Source: Acidimicrobiales bacterium
GTDB taxonomy: Bacteria; Actinomycetota; Acidimicrobiia; Acidimicrobiales; Poriferisodalaceae
Direction of reading: 5' to 3'
Length of the DNA stretch: 64,000 nucleotides
Assembly (NCBI GenBank): GCA_965115995.1
Contig: OZ220472.1
Span: 3,384,419-3,448,418, forward strand
The position numbers and the translations under genes are program-made. Positions 31,701-43,700 of the stretch are shown in pieces; the first letter of the stretch is position 1, and each line of letters begins with the position of its first letter. Below the pieces are notes generated by a model that was not told the origin of the DNA, did not search any database, and worked only from the letters and a program-made list of their open reading frames with translations.

Positions 31701-34700
31701 CCGTTCGCCGTCCACGAGACCACCGTGACCGACGACGACCAGGGGCTCGTGTTCATACCGACGCCGGTGACAGTGACCGAGGGAAGCAACGCCGAGTACA
31801 CGGTTCAGTTGTCCGCCGCGCCGAGCGCAGACGTCACCGTCACTGTCTCCGGGCAGGCCAGTACCGACCTATCGGTCGATACCGACGGCACCACGGGGGG
31901 CGACCAGGCCACCCTCACCTTCACCACCGGCAACTGGAACAAGCCCCAGACGGTGACCCTCACCGCCGCAGCCGACGGCGACGCCGACAACGACAAGGTC
32001 ACCTTGCGCCACACCGCCGCAGGCGGCGGCTACGTGTCGGTCACCGGCGACCTTGCCGTCACCATCGAAGACACCGACACACCGCCGCCGGCAGTCGACC
32101 TCTCCTTGGCCATTGCCGGCGGCGACAGCGACGGCAACATCGTCGAGGGAGCGACCGACGGGACGCAGTACGTCGACGTCACCGTCGCGCTGAGCCGCGC
32201 GCTGCGCGGAACCGAGACGATCACCGCTCCGCTCGAGGTGCTCGGCGCGACGGTGAGCGACGACTACACGCTCGTGCTCGAGCCGTCCTCTCAGACCGGC
32301 GTGTCGCTGACAACCACGGGCGGGACCCATACGGCGCAGAACCCGGCGGTGGAGTTTGCCGCAGGCGCGTCGTCAGCGACGCTGCGGCTGACGGCGGTGG
32401 ACAACGACGACCGCACGCAGCCGTATGTGGTCATCGGCTTCGGCAGCGGCTCGAAGGCGCCGAGCGGGAGCGGCGGCGCGACCGTGGGCAACAGCAGCGG
32501 CAGCGTCGGGTCGGTGATCGTCGACGACGAGACGGGCGACATCGAGGTGGCGTCGGACTGGGCGCTGGTGCCGTCGGGAACCTCGGGCGGCGACGAGTTC
32601 AGGTTGATGTTCATGACGTCGCAGGGCAGGGCTGCGGACTCCACAGACATTTCCGACTACGACGAATTCGTCCGCGCGGTGGGCGCGCGCCACGGCCACG
32701 AAGATGTCGTGCCCTACCTCGGTTTCTTCAAGACGCTCGGCGGCACTCAGGGGGTGCACGGCACTCCGCCGGGAGTGGCCGGGCGACACCACGTCGAGCT
32801 GTTCACCGGCACCAACCTCAGCGACTTCAGGGGCAACACCGTGGACGGTTCGACGTCTGCCGGCAGCGCGGGCACCCCCGTCCACTGGCTGAACGGCGAC
32901 AAGATCGCGGACAACTACTTCGACTTCTGCGACCAGTCGTGGGACAACCGCTGGACCAGCAGTGACAACGACCTCCGCCACGAGGACGGCACCGAGGGTG
33001 ACGGGAGCCGGGTGTGGACCGGGATGAGCAGCGATTGCGGCGAGAACAACAGGGCGCTCGGACAGTCCTACGTGATGTACGCACCCGGCACGGCGGCCAC
33101 GAACGGGTCCACGAGCTGGCCGCTCGCGGGCGGGGAAGCGGCCAACACCAACGCCTACCGCCTCTACGCCCTGTCGCCGGTGTTCACGGTGGAGTCATCC
33201 GATGTGGTGGTGTCGTGGGCGCCGGCTGACGGCGGTGATTTCCCTGGTCTGCGCGTGTTGAGGGAGGGGGGCCCGGGGTACGTCGTGGAGGTGTCTTTGG
33301 CCGGCGGCGCGACAGGTCCGGTGACTGTTCCTTTGGACGCCACGCTTCTTGGTGCGGACGAGAAGGATTTCGAGGTTCCCGACGAGGTGACCATTGCGGC
33401 CGGTGAGTCGTCGGCGACGTTCACCATTGAGGCGTTGGTTGACACAGAGTTGGAGGTCAACAACGAGCTGTTCTTGGTGACGCTGTGCCCGGCGGAGTCG
33501 TGTCCGGAGGGCTACACATCGGGCGACACGCCGCCGTCTATCTCTGTTTCGGTTGCGGATCCGGGCGTGGTGGCGGACTTCTCCAACCTTGTCGTTGTGG
33601 TAACGGACAAGGACGGGCTAAAGAGCGATGAGTATCAAGATGTCCGGGAGGGAGAGAGCACAACCGTCAGCGTGAAGCTGGAGGTCGATCCGGTGGTCGA
33701 TGTGACCATCACCCCCAAGGTGGTCGCGGGAAACCATCATGGCCCGAAGTTCGAGGACGAGTTCGTCAATGGAACCGCCACGGAATACGTCTTGGTGGAC
33801 ACGGACCCTGACAAGGCCGGCTTGCAGTCGACGTTGACGTTCACCGGCGGCGGCTCGGGCAATTGGAACACCGACCAGACGTTCACGCTGTATTTCGGTT
33901 ACGACGACGATGCTGTCACGGTCGATGAGCGCGCCACGCCGAATGTCGACGAGAGCCGAGATCATTACACGCTTGGTTTCCTCAACAGCGCGGCGAGCGG
34001 CCCCTACCAGGCTCAGACCATGCACGGCTTCGTCGGTGTCGGGATCAGAGACTTCTTGGTGCTCGACGCTGGACATGGCGTGGTGGTGTCGCAGGCGGCG
34101 GTGTCGGTGCGTGAGGACGCAACGGCCGTCTATGAGGTGCAGCTCGCCAGCGATCCCGGCGGCACGGTGGTGGTGACGCCCATGTCGGGGGCGACGACAA
34201 CCGCCACGTTCAGCCCCGCGACGCTGAGCTTCGACTCGTCGAACTGGAACGAGCCGCAGCAGGTGACCGTCACTGGCGTCGCTGAGGGCACTGCGACGAT
34301 CACCCACGAGGTGACGACTGCGACGACGGATTATCCGTCTTCGTTGATGGTGGGCTCGGTGGATGTGACGGTGCTTTCTTCTGACGTGCCGGTGGTGTCG
34401 TTCGGGTCGTCGGGTGGCGTGCCGGTGTTGGAGGGCGATGGGGTGGTGGCGCGTTTGGGTGTGGTGGTGTCGGGGACGCCGGTGGCGGGGGAGTTGGTGT
34501 TCCCCGAGAGGGTGTCGGTGCGTTATTCGGTGTCGGGCTCTGCGAGGCCGGGCACGAAGGCGAATTCGGCGGGCGCGGATGCGGTGGTGTCGTCGGTTGG
34601 TCTGACGGCGGACCGTGTCGGGCTGCCTTCCGGCCATACGGGTGCTGTGCCGCTCGGCCATGTCGAGGTCGCGTTGGCGGACGATGCGTGGGTGGAGGGC

Positions 34701-37700
34701 GCCGAGACGGTGGTGGTGACGCTGTTGCCGGGTTCGGGTTACACGCTGGGCGACCACACGGTACGGACGGTGCAGATCATCGACGACGACGCGGCGCCGG
34801 AGGTGCTGTTGAGCGTCGACACCAATGAGGTGTCCGAGGGCGACGGGGCGACGGCGGTGAGGGTGCGGGCGGAGCTGTCGAACGGTTCGCGGTTCGAGTC
34901 CGATGTGGTGGTGTCGGTCTCGGTGGACGGCTCGGGCGTTGAGGGCGCGGTCGGGTTCGCTGCGGTGGACGATTTCGATGTGACGATCCCTGCGGGCGGG
35001 TCGTCGGGGTCGGCATCGTTCACGTTGACGCCGACCGACGACGCGATTGACGGTCCCGATGAGGTGCTGTCGTTGTCGGCGTCTGAGGTGGCGCCTGCTG
35101 GTCTGACGGTGAAGCCGGCGTCGTTGTCGATCTTGTTGGTTGATGACGATGCGACGGCGGTGCGGTTCGGTGCTGGCGGGTTCGCGGCGGAGGGCGATGC
35201 GTCGTCGTCGGCGACCTTGAGTGTGTGGCTGGGCCGTGTGCTGGGCGCGGGCGAGTCGGTGGAGGTGACGCTGGCGGTCACGGGTGTGGAGGCGGGTGAT
35301 GTGGTGGTGTCGCAGCCTTCTGATGGGCGTGCTGGTGTGTCGATGCGCAATGGCGGCACGTTGTCGCCGGTGGTGGTGTTCACCGGCTCGGACGCGCAGG
35401 GTGTTTCGGTGGGGTTGGCGGAGCTGTCGGTGACCGCCGGCGATGATGCCGACAAGGTCCATGAGGTCGCGGTATTCGGTTTGGCGGCTGGGGCGGAGAC
35501 CCAGCCCGGCGGTGGTGTGGCGGTCGGGCCGGTGGGCGGTGGCGTGTCAGGGTCGGCTTCGGTGCAGGTGGTTGATGACGACGCCACGGCGGCGGCAGTG
35601 CTCGTGTGGCCCGGTTCGGTGAGTCTGGTGGAGGGCGACGCGGACGCCGGGTCGGCGCGGGTGCAGGTCCGGTTGAGCGAGCAGCCGGCCGGCGATGTGT
35701 CGGTGTCGGCGGTGTCGTTGGATGTGTTGGCGGTGCGGGTGTCGCCGGCGTCGCTGGCGTTCACCGGGTCTGATTGGGACGTGCCGCAGCCGGTGACGGT
35801 CACCGCTGCGGACGATGTGGACACCGACGCCGAGTCGGTGCTCGTGGCGTTCACTGCGGCGGGCCATGTTGCGGGTTTGGCGGGCGTGTCCGTCGCCGAC
35901 GGGGTGTCGAAGGCGCCGACCTTGGCGGACGCCGTGTTCAACGCTGTGCCTGATGACCTGGCGTTGGCTGAGAACGACCGGGGCCCGACCGATGTGGGCT
36001 CTGCGGTGACGGCGACCGACGCCGACGGCGACACGGTCACATACACGTTGGAGGGTCCGTCGCGCACGGCGCCGCCGGTCGGGTTCAAGATCGATTCTGC
36101 GACCGGCCAGATCTCCTACGGGCCGATACCCCATCGCCTCAGCGGGACGACGCCGGCGCCGGGCGTGGACCGCGAGGCCACGGCGCAGGTCGCGTTGGTG
36201 GTGGTGGCCACCTCCATCGGCTCCGACGGCACTAGGACCGAGGTGCGCCAGCCGGTGTCGGTGACGGTCACCGACGTGGACGAGGGCGACGGCAAGGTTG
36301 TGGTTGCGGGTGCGCCGGTGGCGGGCCGTTCCACGCTGGCAGCGACAGTGTCGGGCGACCCCGACGGCGACCCCGCAGCGGGCTCGTCGTATGCGTGGCA
36401 GACATCCGCGGACGGCAGCACCGGGTGGACGGCGGCGACCGGCGACGGTCACGGCACCGCGGAGTATTCGGTGGCGACCGCCGACGTGGGCCGGCATGTG
36501 CGTGTGACGGTGGGCTACACCGACGGCGGCGGCAACAGCGAGTCGGTCACCTCCGAAGCCGTGGGACCGGTGGGGACGCTGGGCTTGCTGAACGCCGCAG
36601 TAGAGGTGACGTCCGCGCTGGGCTCGGACGCGGATCACACCAGCGAGACCGCGCGGATCGCAGTGTCGTTGGACGCGGCGGTGCTGGCCGGCGAGTCGGT
36701 GACGGTGCCGTTGGCGTTCACCGGCGGCACGCTGGACACCGATTTCACTTTGGCGACCTCGGGCACCGGCGTGTCGTTGAGCGGCTCGTCGGTGAAGTTC
36801 ACCGGCCCCGCAGCTTCCACCGCCACAGTGGAAGTCACCGCGGCGTCGGCTGCGGCGCTGGCGGACGTGATGACGGTCGCGCCGGGCACAGTCGCGGCAA
36901 CGGGCGACTCGCTGGGCGGGACGACACTCAAGACGGCGCTTGTGGGCGACGGCGAAGTGTTCACCGGCGCCGTATCCGAACCAGACCCCGATCCCGATCC
37001 GGTGACGGTGACGCTGGCGCGCACGGACAGCGGCACGATCAGCGAGGCCGCGGGCGCGGCTGACCGCACTGCGATCTTCACGGTGACGCTGAGCCGGGCG
37101 CTGGTGTCCGGTGAGCAGTTGTTGCTGCCGGTGGTGTTCTCAGGCACGGACATCACCGCGGGCGACTTCACGCTGGCGTTGACGACGGGTGAGGCGAACA
37201 CCGGCGTGACGCTTTCCTCGACGTCGTCGTTGACGCGAACCGTCAGTTTCTCCACTGGCGGCCAGGTGGCGTCGCTGACGGTGACCGCGGTCGACGACGT
37301 TCTCAACGAGGGCACGAGCGAGACGCTGCGGGTCGCTCTGGGCGATCTCAGCGAGGTTCTCGACGAGTACCTCGCAGTGCCCGAGGGGGTGGCGGCGTAC
37401 GACGACGGCGATCCCAGCACCGACGACAACGAGTTTGAGGTGGAGATCATCGACGCCCCCGTCGTGGCACGGGTGCTGGTCGACCCCGTGGCGCTGACGG
37501 TGAGCGAGGGCGGCGTGACCGCCTCCTACACGGTGCGGCTCAACAGCGATCCCGGTGCTGCGGTGGTGATCGCCCCTGCTTCGGACGACACCGCGACCGC
37601 CACGGTCAGCGGTCCGCTCACGTTCGGTTCGGGCGACTGGGCCGTTCCCCAGACGGTGATCGTGACCGGCGTCAAGGCGGGTAGCGCGACGATCAGCCAC

Positions 37701-40700
37701 ACTGTCACCACTGCTGCGACCGACTACCCGGCGAACATGTCGATCCCGCCGGTCGCGGTGACGGTGAGCGCACTGGCGTCGCTCACGCTGACTGAGGGAA
37801 CACCCGCGTCGCTGAGGCCTTTCGATCTCAGTTCGCAGCCGACGCGCGACGTGCATATCACGTTCAGGTCGCTGTCGCCCGAACTGGTGATGGTGAACAC
37901 CCCCGGCGGCACCGCAGCAGCAGCTCAGACGGTGACGTTCACGCCCGAACTGTGGAATGTTCTCCAGACCGTCGTCTTCGAACCCGCCGACGACAACGTA
38001 GACACGCCCGGCGGCATAAAGGCCACCGCGATCATCACTCGGTCGCTTTCGTCTGAAGACCCCCAATACGCCTCCATAACGCTCAGCGCTATTGGGGCGA
38101 CCATCCTCGACAACGACCCGACGGTGGCGAGCCTGGGCCGCAGCGACTCGGGCGCCATCGCCGAAGGCGGCAGCGGCACCGCGGCCGGTGCAGAGTTCAC
38201 GGTCACGCTGAGCCGTCCGCTGGTCGCGGGTGAGACGATCGAGGTGCCGCTGGTGGTCTCCGGTCCGGGAGTCGTCGCGGGCGATGTGGCCTTCGCCCTG
38301 TCGGGGAGCTCGAACCACGGCGTCACTGCGTCGGGCCTCACGAACTCGCTGGCGCCCACGGTGACGTTCGCCGGCGACGGGGTCAACACGGTGCAGACCG
38401 CCACTGTCACCATGACCGCGGTCGACGACTCCAGCGCCGAGGCGACCGAGTCGGTGACCGTCGCCCTCGGCCCCGACGGCGGCGCAGCGAACGGCTTCGA
38501 CTTGGCGGCACGGGCCACCAATGTGGCCGGCGGCGCCGACCCGCACTCCTCCAACAGCAGCTTCACGGTGAGCGTGACCGACAACGAGCCTGCCGCTGCT
38601 GCCGCCGACGCGGTATTCGACGCCGTGCCTGCCGATCTGGTGATCGCCGAGAACGCAGACGGTTCGACTACCGCGGTGAAGGTGGGCTCGCCGGTGACCG
38701 CTACCGACGTCAACGGCGACGCCGTCAGCTACACGCTCGAGGGCCGTTCCGGCGGGGCGGCCCCGACAGGGTTCGTGATCAACTCGGCCACCGGCCAGAT
38801 CTCCTATGAGGGCGCCGGACTCGACCGTGAGATCGCCGCCTCGGTTGCGATGACGGTGGTCGCCACCTCGGTGGGCGCCGACGGCTCGGCCACCGATGTG
38901 CGTCAGGACATCACGGTGACCGTGGCCGACGTCAACGAAGGCGCCGCCACCGTCACGGTGTCGGGCACCCCCATAGCCGGCCGCTCAACGGTGACCGGGT
39001 CGGTGTCGGGCGACCCCGAAGGCGACCCGGCCGCAGTGACGACCTACCAGTGGCAGATCGCTCGCCAACTCGGGGCCACTTGGCGGCTGGCGCCCGGCGA
39101 GGGTAAGTCCACCGCTTCCTATGAGGTGGCCGCCTCTGACGCTGGCCAGGTGCTGCGCATGGTGGCCATATACAACGACGGCGCCGGCAACCGCGAAGTC
39201 GTGGCCTCGACGCCGGTGCAGGTCGGGGTGCTGGCCGCGCTGAAGGCGACGGTCACCGTCACCGAGGCGCTTGCCAGCGACGCCGACCACACCAGCGACA
39301 AAGCCCTCGTCACCGTCACCTTGAGCGAGCCGCTGGTCGACGGCGAGAGCGTGCAGGTGCAGATCGACGTCGACGGCGGCGAGCCCCCCACCGATTACAC
39401 CGCGAAAAAGGGGCCGGGCATGCCTGCGACCGTGAACGCCTACGCGTTCGCGGAACGAGACGGGGACGGCACGGGCGGGATATCGGTCATCTTCCGCACT
39501 GACGGGGAGGTCCCCCCGACCACAGCCACAGTGGAAGTGTCCGCCACCACCGCCGCGGCGCTCAACAAGAAACTCGCCATCACCTCGCCGAGGCTGTTGA
39601 ACACCCACCGAAGCGCGTCGCTGGAGGGCACCGAGCTCACCGCGTCGCTGTCCGGCAGCCGTGTGCTGTTCACTGGCGAGCCCGCCCCTGTCCCGGTGAC
39701 CGTGACGTTGGCCCGCACCGACAGCGGCCCGATCACCGAGAACCCCAAAGCGAATGCCCCAGCGCGTGAGGCGACCTTCACGGTGACTCTGGGGCGGGCT
39801 TTGACCGCGAGCGAGCTGGTGGACGTGCCGCTGGTGCTGTCGGGCACCGACATCACCGCATCCGATGTGTCGCTGGCGTTGACGTCTGGTGAGGCCAACA
39901 CGGGCGTTTCGCTGTTGGAGGTTTCGTCGTTGGGGCCGGTGGTTCGCCTGTCGGGTGCGGGCGCTCGGGTGGCGGCTGTGTCGCTGTTCGCCTCGAACGA
40001 CGCGGTCGATGAGGACGCCGAGATGCTGACGGTCGGGTTGGGTGACCTGTCGGCGGAGAGCCTGGGCACACAAGTGGCCGCCGGTGCAGAGGCAGGGGCG
40101 GGCGCGAACTCGTTCGATGTGACCTTCAACGACGACGACACGGCGGGTTTGTCGCTGAACAACGTCGTGGTCGGCGCGCCGTTCAGCGTGGACGAGCCCT
40201 CCGGCACTGTGTCGGTGTCGGTCGCCTTGGAGTCGCAGCCGACCCATGATGTGACCGTCACGATCGCTAGCGGCGCGGCGTCGGCGCTGCTGGTGAGCAC
40301 CGGGGGCGGTCAACCGGCCGCATCGGTGCAGTTGACGTTCACTCCGACGAATGTGTCGAACGCGCAGACCGTCAAGTTGCACGCAGTCGACGACAGCGTG
40401 GTGAACGGGGGCGGGTCTCGTGCGGTGTCGGTGGGCTTCGCGGCGGCCAGCACCGACCCGAAGTATCAGGGCCTGTCGGAGTCGCTGTCGGTGAGAGTGC
40501 TCGACGACGATCAAGACGAGGAGCTGCCCCAGGTGCAGTTCACCAGCGACGCCTTCACCGCTTCGGAGGCTGCGGGCAGCCGGACCGCGACGGTGAGAGT
40601 GTTGCTGTCGCCGGCGCCGCAGGTCGACACGACGCTGCGGTACGCGACGTCCAGGTCCGCAACCGAAGGAGTCGACTACACGAAGCTGTCGCACAGGGTG

Positions 40701-43700
40701 TCGGTCCCGGCCGGGGCGACCACGGCGACGATCCCGGTCGTGGTGCTCGACGACGCAGTCGATGAGCCGCCCGAGACGATTGAGCTGGAGCTCAGCGCCA
40801 ACGACGACGACGGCTATCGGTTGGGCTCGACAGTGGTAACCACGGTCACGATCGTCGACGACGACGCCACCACCGTGAGCTTGGCGCGGTCCGGGGGCAG
40901 CGGCCCGATCCCCGAGGGCGGCACGGTGGATGTGACTGTGTCGCTGAGTCGTGATCTGGCCGTGGGCGAGACCGCGGCGGTGCGGATGCTGCTGGGCGGC
41001 GGCAGCGGTTTGGCCGCGTCAGATGTGACTGTGTCGTCTAAGGGGACGTACTGCTGTTTCTCGGTGGGGGCGGTGTCGGGCAGCGCCGGGAACCTGTACG
41101 CGGTCGTCACCTTCCACGAAGGGGCCCAAATCGTGGAGCTGACGCTGACCGCAGTCGACGACAACACCGATGAGACCGCGGCAGCCGATTCGGACTCGAT
41201 GACGGTGTCGTTGAGCCTCGCGAGCGCGGTGGCTGACGGCACGAACCTGGGCGGCGGGGTCGTAGCGGCCGACGACGGCGACCCTGCCACGGTCGACAAC
41301 AGCTTCGATGTGGAAGTCATCGACGATGATGGCACCGCGGGTGTGGTGGTGGCCGAGTCCGGCGGCGGCACCGCGGTGAGCGAGAACAACGCTGCGGCGA
41401 AGGGCGCGTCGGACACCTACACGGTGCGGCTGGCGACCGACCCGTCCGCGTCGGTGACGGTCACCGCGACGGCTTCGGGCGATGCGCAGGTGAGCGTCGG
41501 CGGCGGCGCGGCTGCTGCGTCGGCGCAGTTGACGTTCACGTCGTCGGACTGGTGGATGCCCCAGACGGTGACAGTGACCGCGGCGGCGTCCGCGAACGAC
41601 AGCACCGACAATGCGGGCTTCCGTTCGGGCAGCGTCGCGCACGCCGTGTCTGGCTACAGCACCGTGACGGCGGGACCTCAGGTGTCGGTGGACATCGTCG
41701 ATGACGAATCCACCACGGTGACTATCTCGGGCGACGGCGGGATGGTCGAGGGCTCGGGCGAGACGGTGGCGGTGACGGTGAGCTTGGGCCGGGCTTTGGC
41801 GGCTGACGAGGTGGTGGAGGTGCCGTTGTCGGTGTCGAGCAACACCGGCGCGGTTCTGGGCGGCCCGGCGAGGCTGTTGGAGCGCAGGCGCGCGCTGAAA
41901 TGGGCGGCGTCGGGCGACGGTGTGTCGCTGAAGGCAGATCGGTTGGCGAGTTCGGGGCCGTACAGGGCGCCGCTGGTGGTGCGCTTCGAAGGCGCAGGCG
42001 CGCAGAACGCGGTGATCACGTTCACCGCGGTGAACGGAGACGCCGACGACAAACGCGAGACGGTTCTCGTGCAGCTGCCTGCGACCGGGGCGGGGCTCAA
42101 CGCCGCTGCCCGCGGCACCAATGTGGGCGGCGGCCTGCGAACCGACGCCAGCGCGCACAGGCGGCGAGCCTCGATCACCTTGTTCGAACCGGACCAGCAG
42201 CGTGAGGCGTCGCTGTCCGTCTCGGGCGGCGGCACGGTCGCGGAGGGCGACTCGTTGACGGTGACGGTGACCCTCGACGACAATGCTCCGGCGAACCTGG
42301 AGATCCCGGTTCGGATGCGCACTTTGGGATTGCCGACCGCATCCAAAGCCGACTTCACGCTGTCCAACAACGGCATCGTGACGATCAGCAAGGATTCCAG
42401 GACAGGCACCATCACCCTCACCGCCAATACGGACAACATCACAGAGGGCGACGAGTTCCTGATCCTGGAGTTCGGGATCCTGCCCTCACCGGTCGTCGCA
42501 GCCGAACGCGGCGTCACCGCCAGGGTCACGATCACCGACGCCGCGGCGCCGGCCGATGTGGTGGTGTCGTGGTCGCAGACCGATGGCAGCGCGTTGCCGT
42601 CGGCGCCGAGGCTGGTGGAGGGCGACACCTACACGGTGAAGGTGTCGTTGGGCAGTGCTGCGCCTGCGGGCGGGGTGGTGATCCCGCTGGGGGTCGATCT
42701 CCTTACCGCAGAGGCGGCGGACTTGTCGATCCCAGCCGGCGTGGCCATCGCGGCGGGGCAGACGTCGGCGACGTTCGACGTGGAGTTCCTCGCCGACGAT
42801 CTGGTGGAGGACAACGAGCTGTTCAACGTGACGCTGTGCCCGGCGGCTTCGTGCCCGGCGGGCTACACCTCGGGTGATACGCCGCCGTTTATCGGCTTCA
42901 TCATCAAGGATCCGGGCATTGTGCTGGACGCCTCGGGGATCGCGTTCCTCCCCGACTCAACGGTCACGAAGTTGCTCGACGAGGGCGCCAGCGGCACATT
43001 GACCGTCGCCTTGGAGAGGGATCCGGTCGTCGACGCCACGGTCACTGTCCGGGTGATCGACGGCGACCAGAAGTCCAATTTCCAACAGTGGCTTGCTGCG
43101 ACCGAGACGGACTACATCGGGGTGGACACCGACCCCGACACTGCCGGCTTGCAGGACGAGTTGACGTTCACCGGCGGAGGTTCGGGCAACTGGAGTGTGC
43201 CGCAGACGGTTCGGGTGTATGCGCTGTATGACGATGACGCCGACACCGGTGTCCAGGATTACGACGAGTACACGGTCGGTTTGTTGAACCGCGCGGCGAG
43301 CGGCCCCTACAAGGCACAGGTCAATACCGTCGATGAGCACTTCTTGCTGCGGGTCGTCGACGCGGGCCACGAGGTGGTCGTGACGCCAACGGCGGTGTCG
43401 GTGGGCGAGGACGGCACGGTCGCCTATGAGGTGCAGCTCGCCAGCGATCCCGGCGGCACGGTGGTGGTGACGCCCACGTCGGGAGCGACGACCACCGCCA
43501 CGGTCAACCCCGTCACGTTGAGTTTCGACTCGTCGAACTGGAACGAGCCGCAGCAGGTGACCGTCACCGGAGTCGCTGGGGGGTCGGTGTCGGTCGCCCA
43601 CACGGTGACCACCGCGACCAGCGACTATCCGGCTGCTTTGTCGGCGCCTTCGGTGGACGTGACGGTGGAGGCTGCGTTTGCGCCGGTGGTGTCGTTCGGG

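Larger units (their letters stand above)
34062..42539 (+). repeat. Super-repeat copy SR1 (2,826 codons; expanded by a nested duplication of the cadherin-containing block)
   Basis: It starts at (L/V)DAGHGVVV and ends at GVTARVTITD. Module order is D (VYEVQLASDPGGTVVVTP..SFDSSNWNEPQ, ~34120), C (VVSFGSSGGVPVLEG, ~34385), A (VLVWPGSV..SDWDVPQPVTVTA, ~35600), cadherin (35921), E (~36590), F (~37000). After extra domains come a second cadherin (38605), E' (~39230), F' (~39690), G (~40520), H (~40850), I (SGPARLLERRRALKW, ~41860) and J (~42200). Confidence 0.85.

Noticed and set aside
34739-36088. Ser/Thr/Ala/Pro/Val-rich minus-strand ORFs in the second antisense frame (34739..36088, 39440..40300, 41678..42628, 43838..45319, 45974..46975, 49850..51007, 51449..52678, 62201..63367, 23699..24547 and others)
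   Set aside because: This antisense frame shares its third codon position with the sense gene, so it inherits high GC3 and few stops. The products are repetitive SVTVT/TASPA strings, which are the reverse reading of GTGACGGTGAC-type sense sequence. They are fragmented, whereas the plus frame is continuous for 62 kb.
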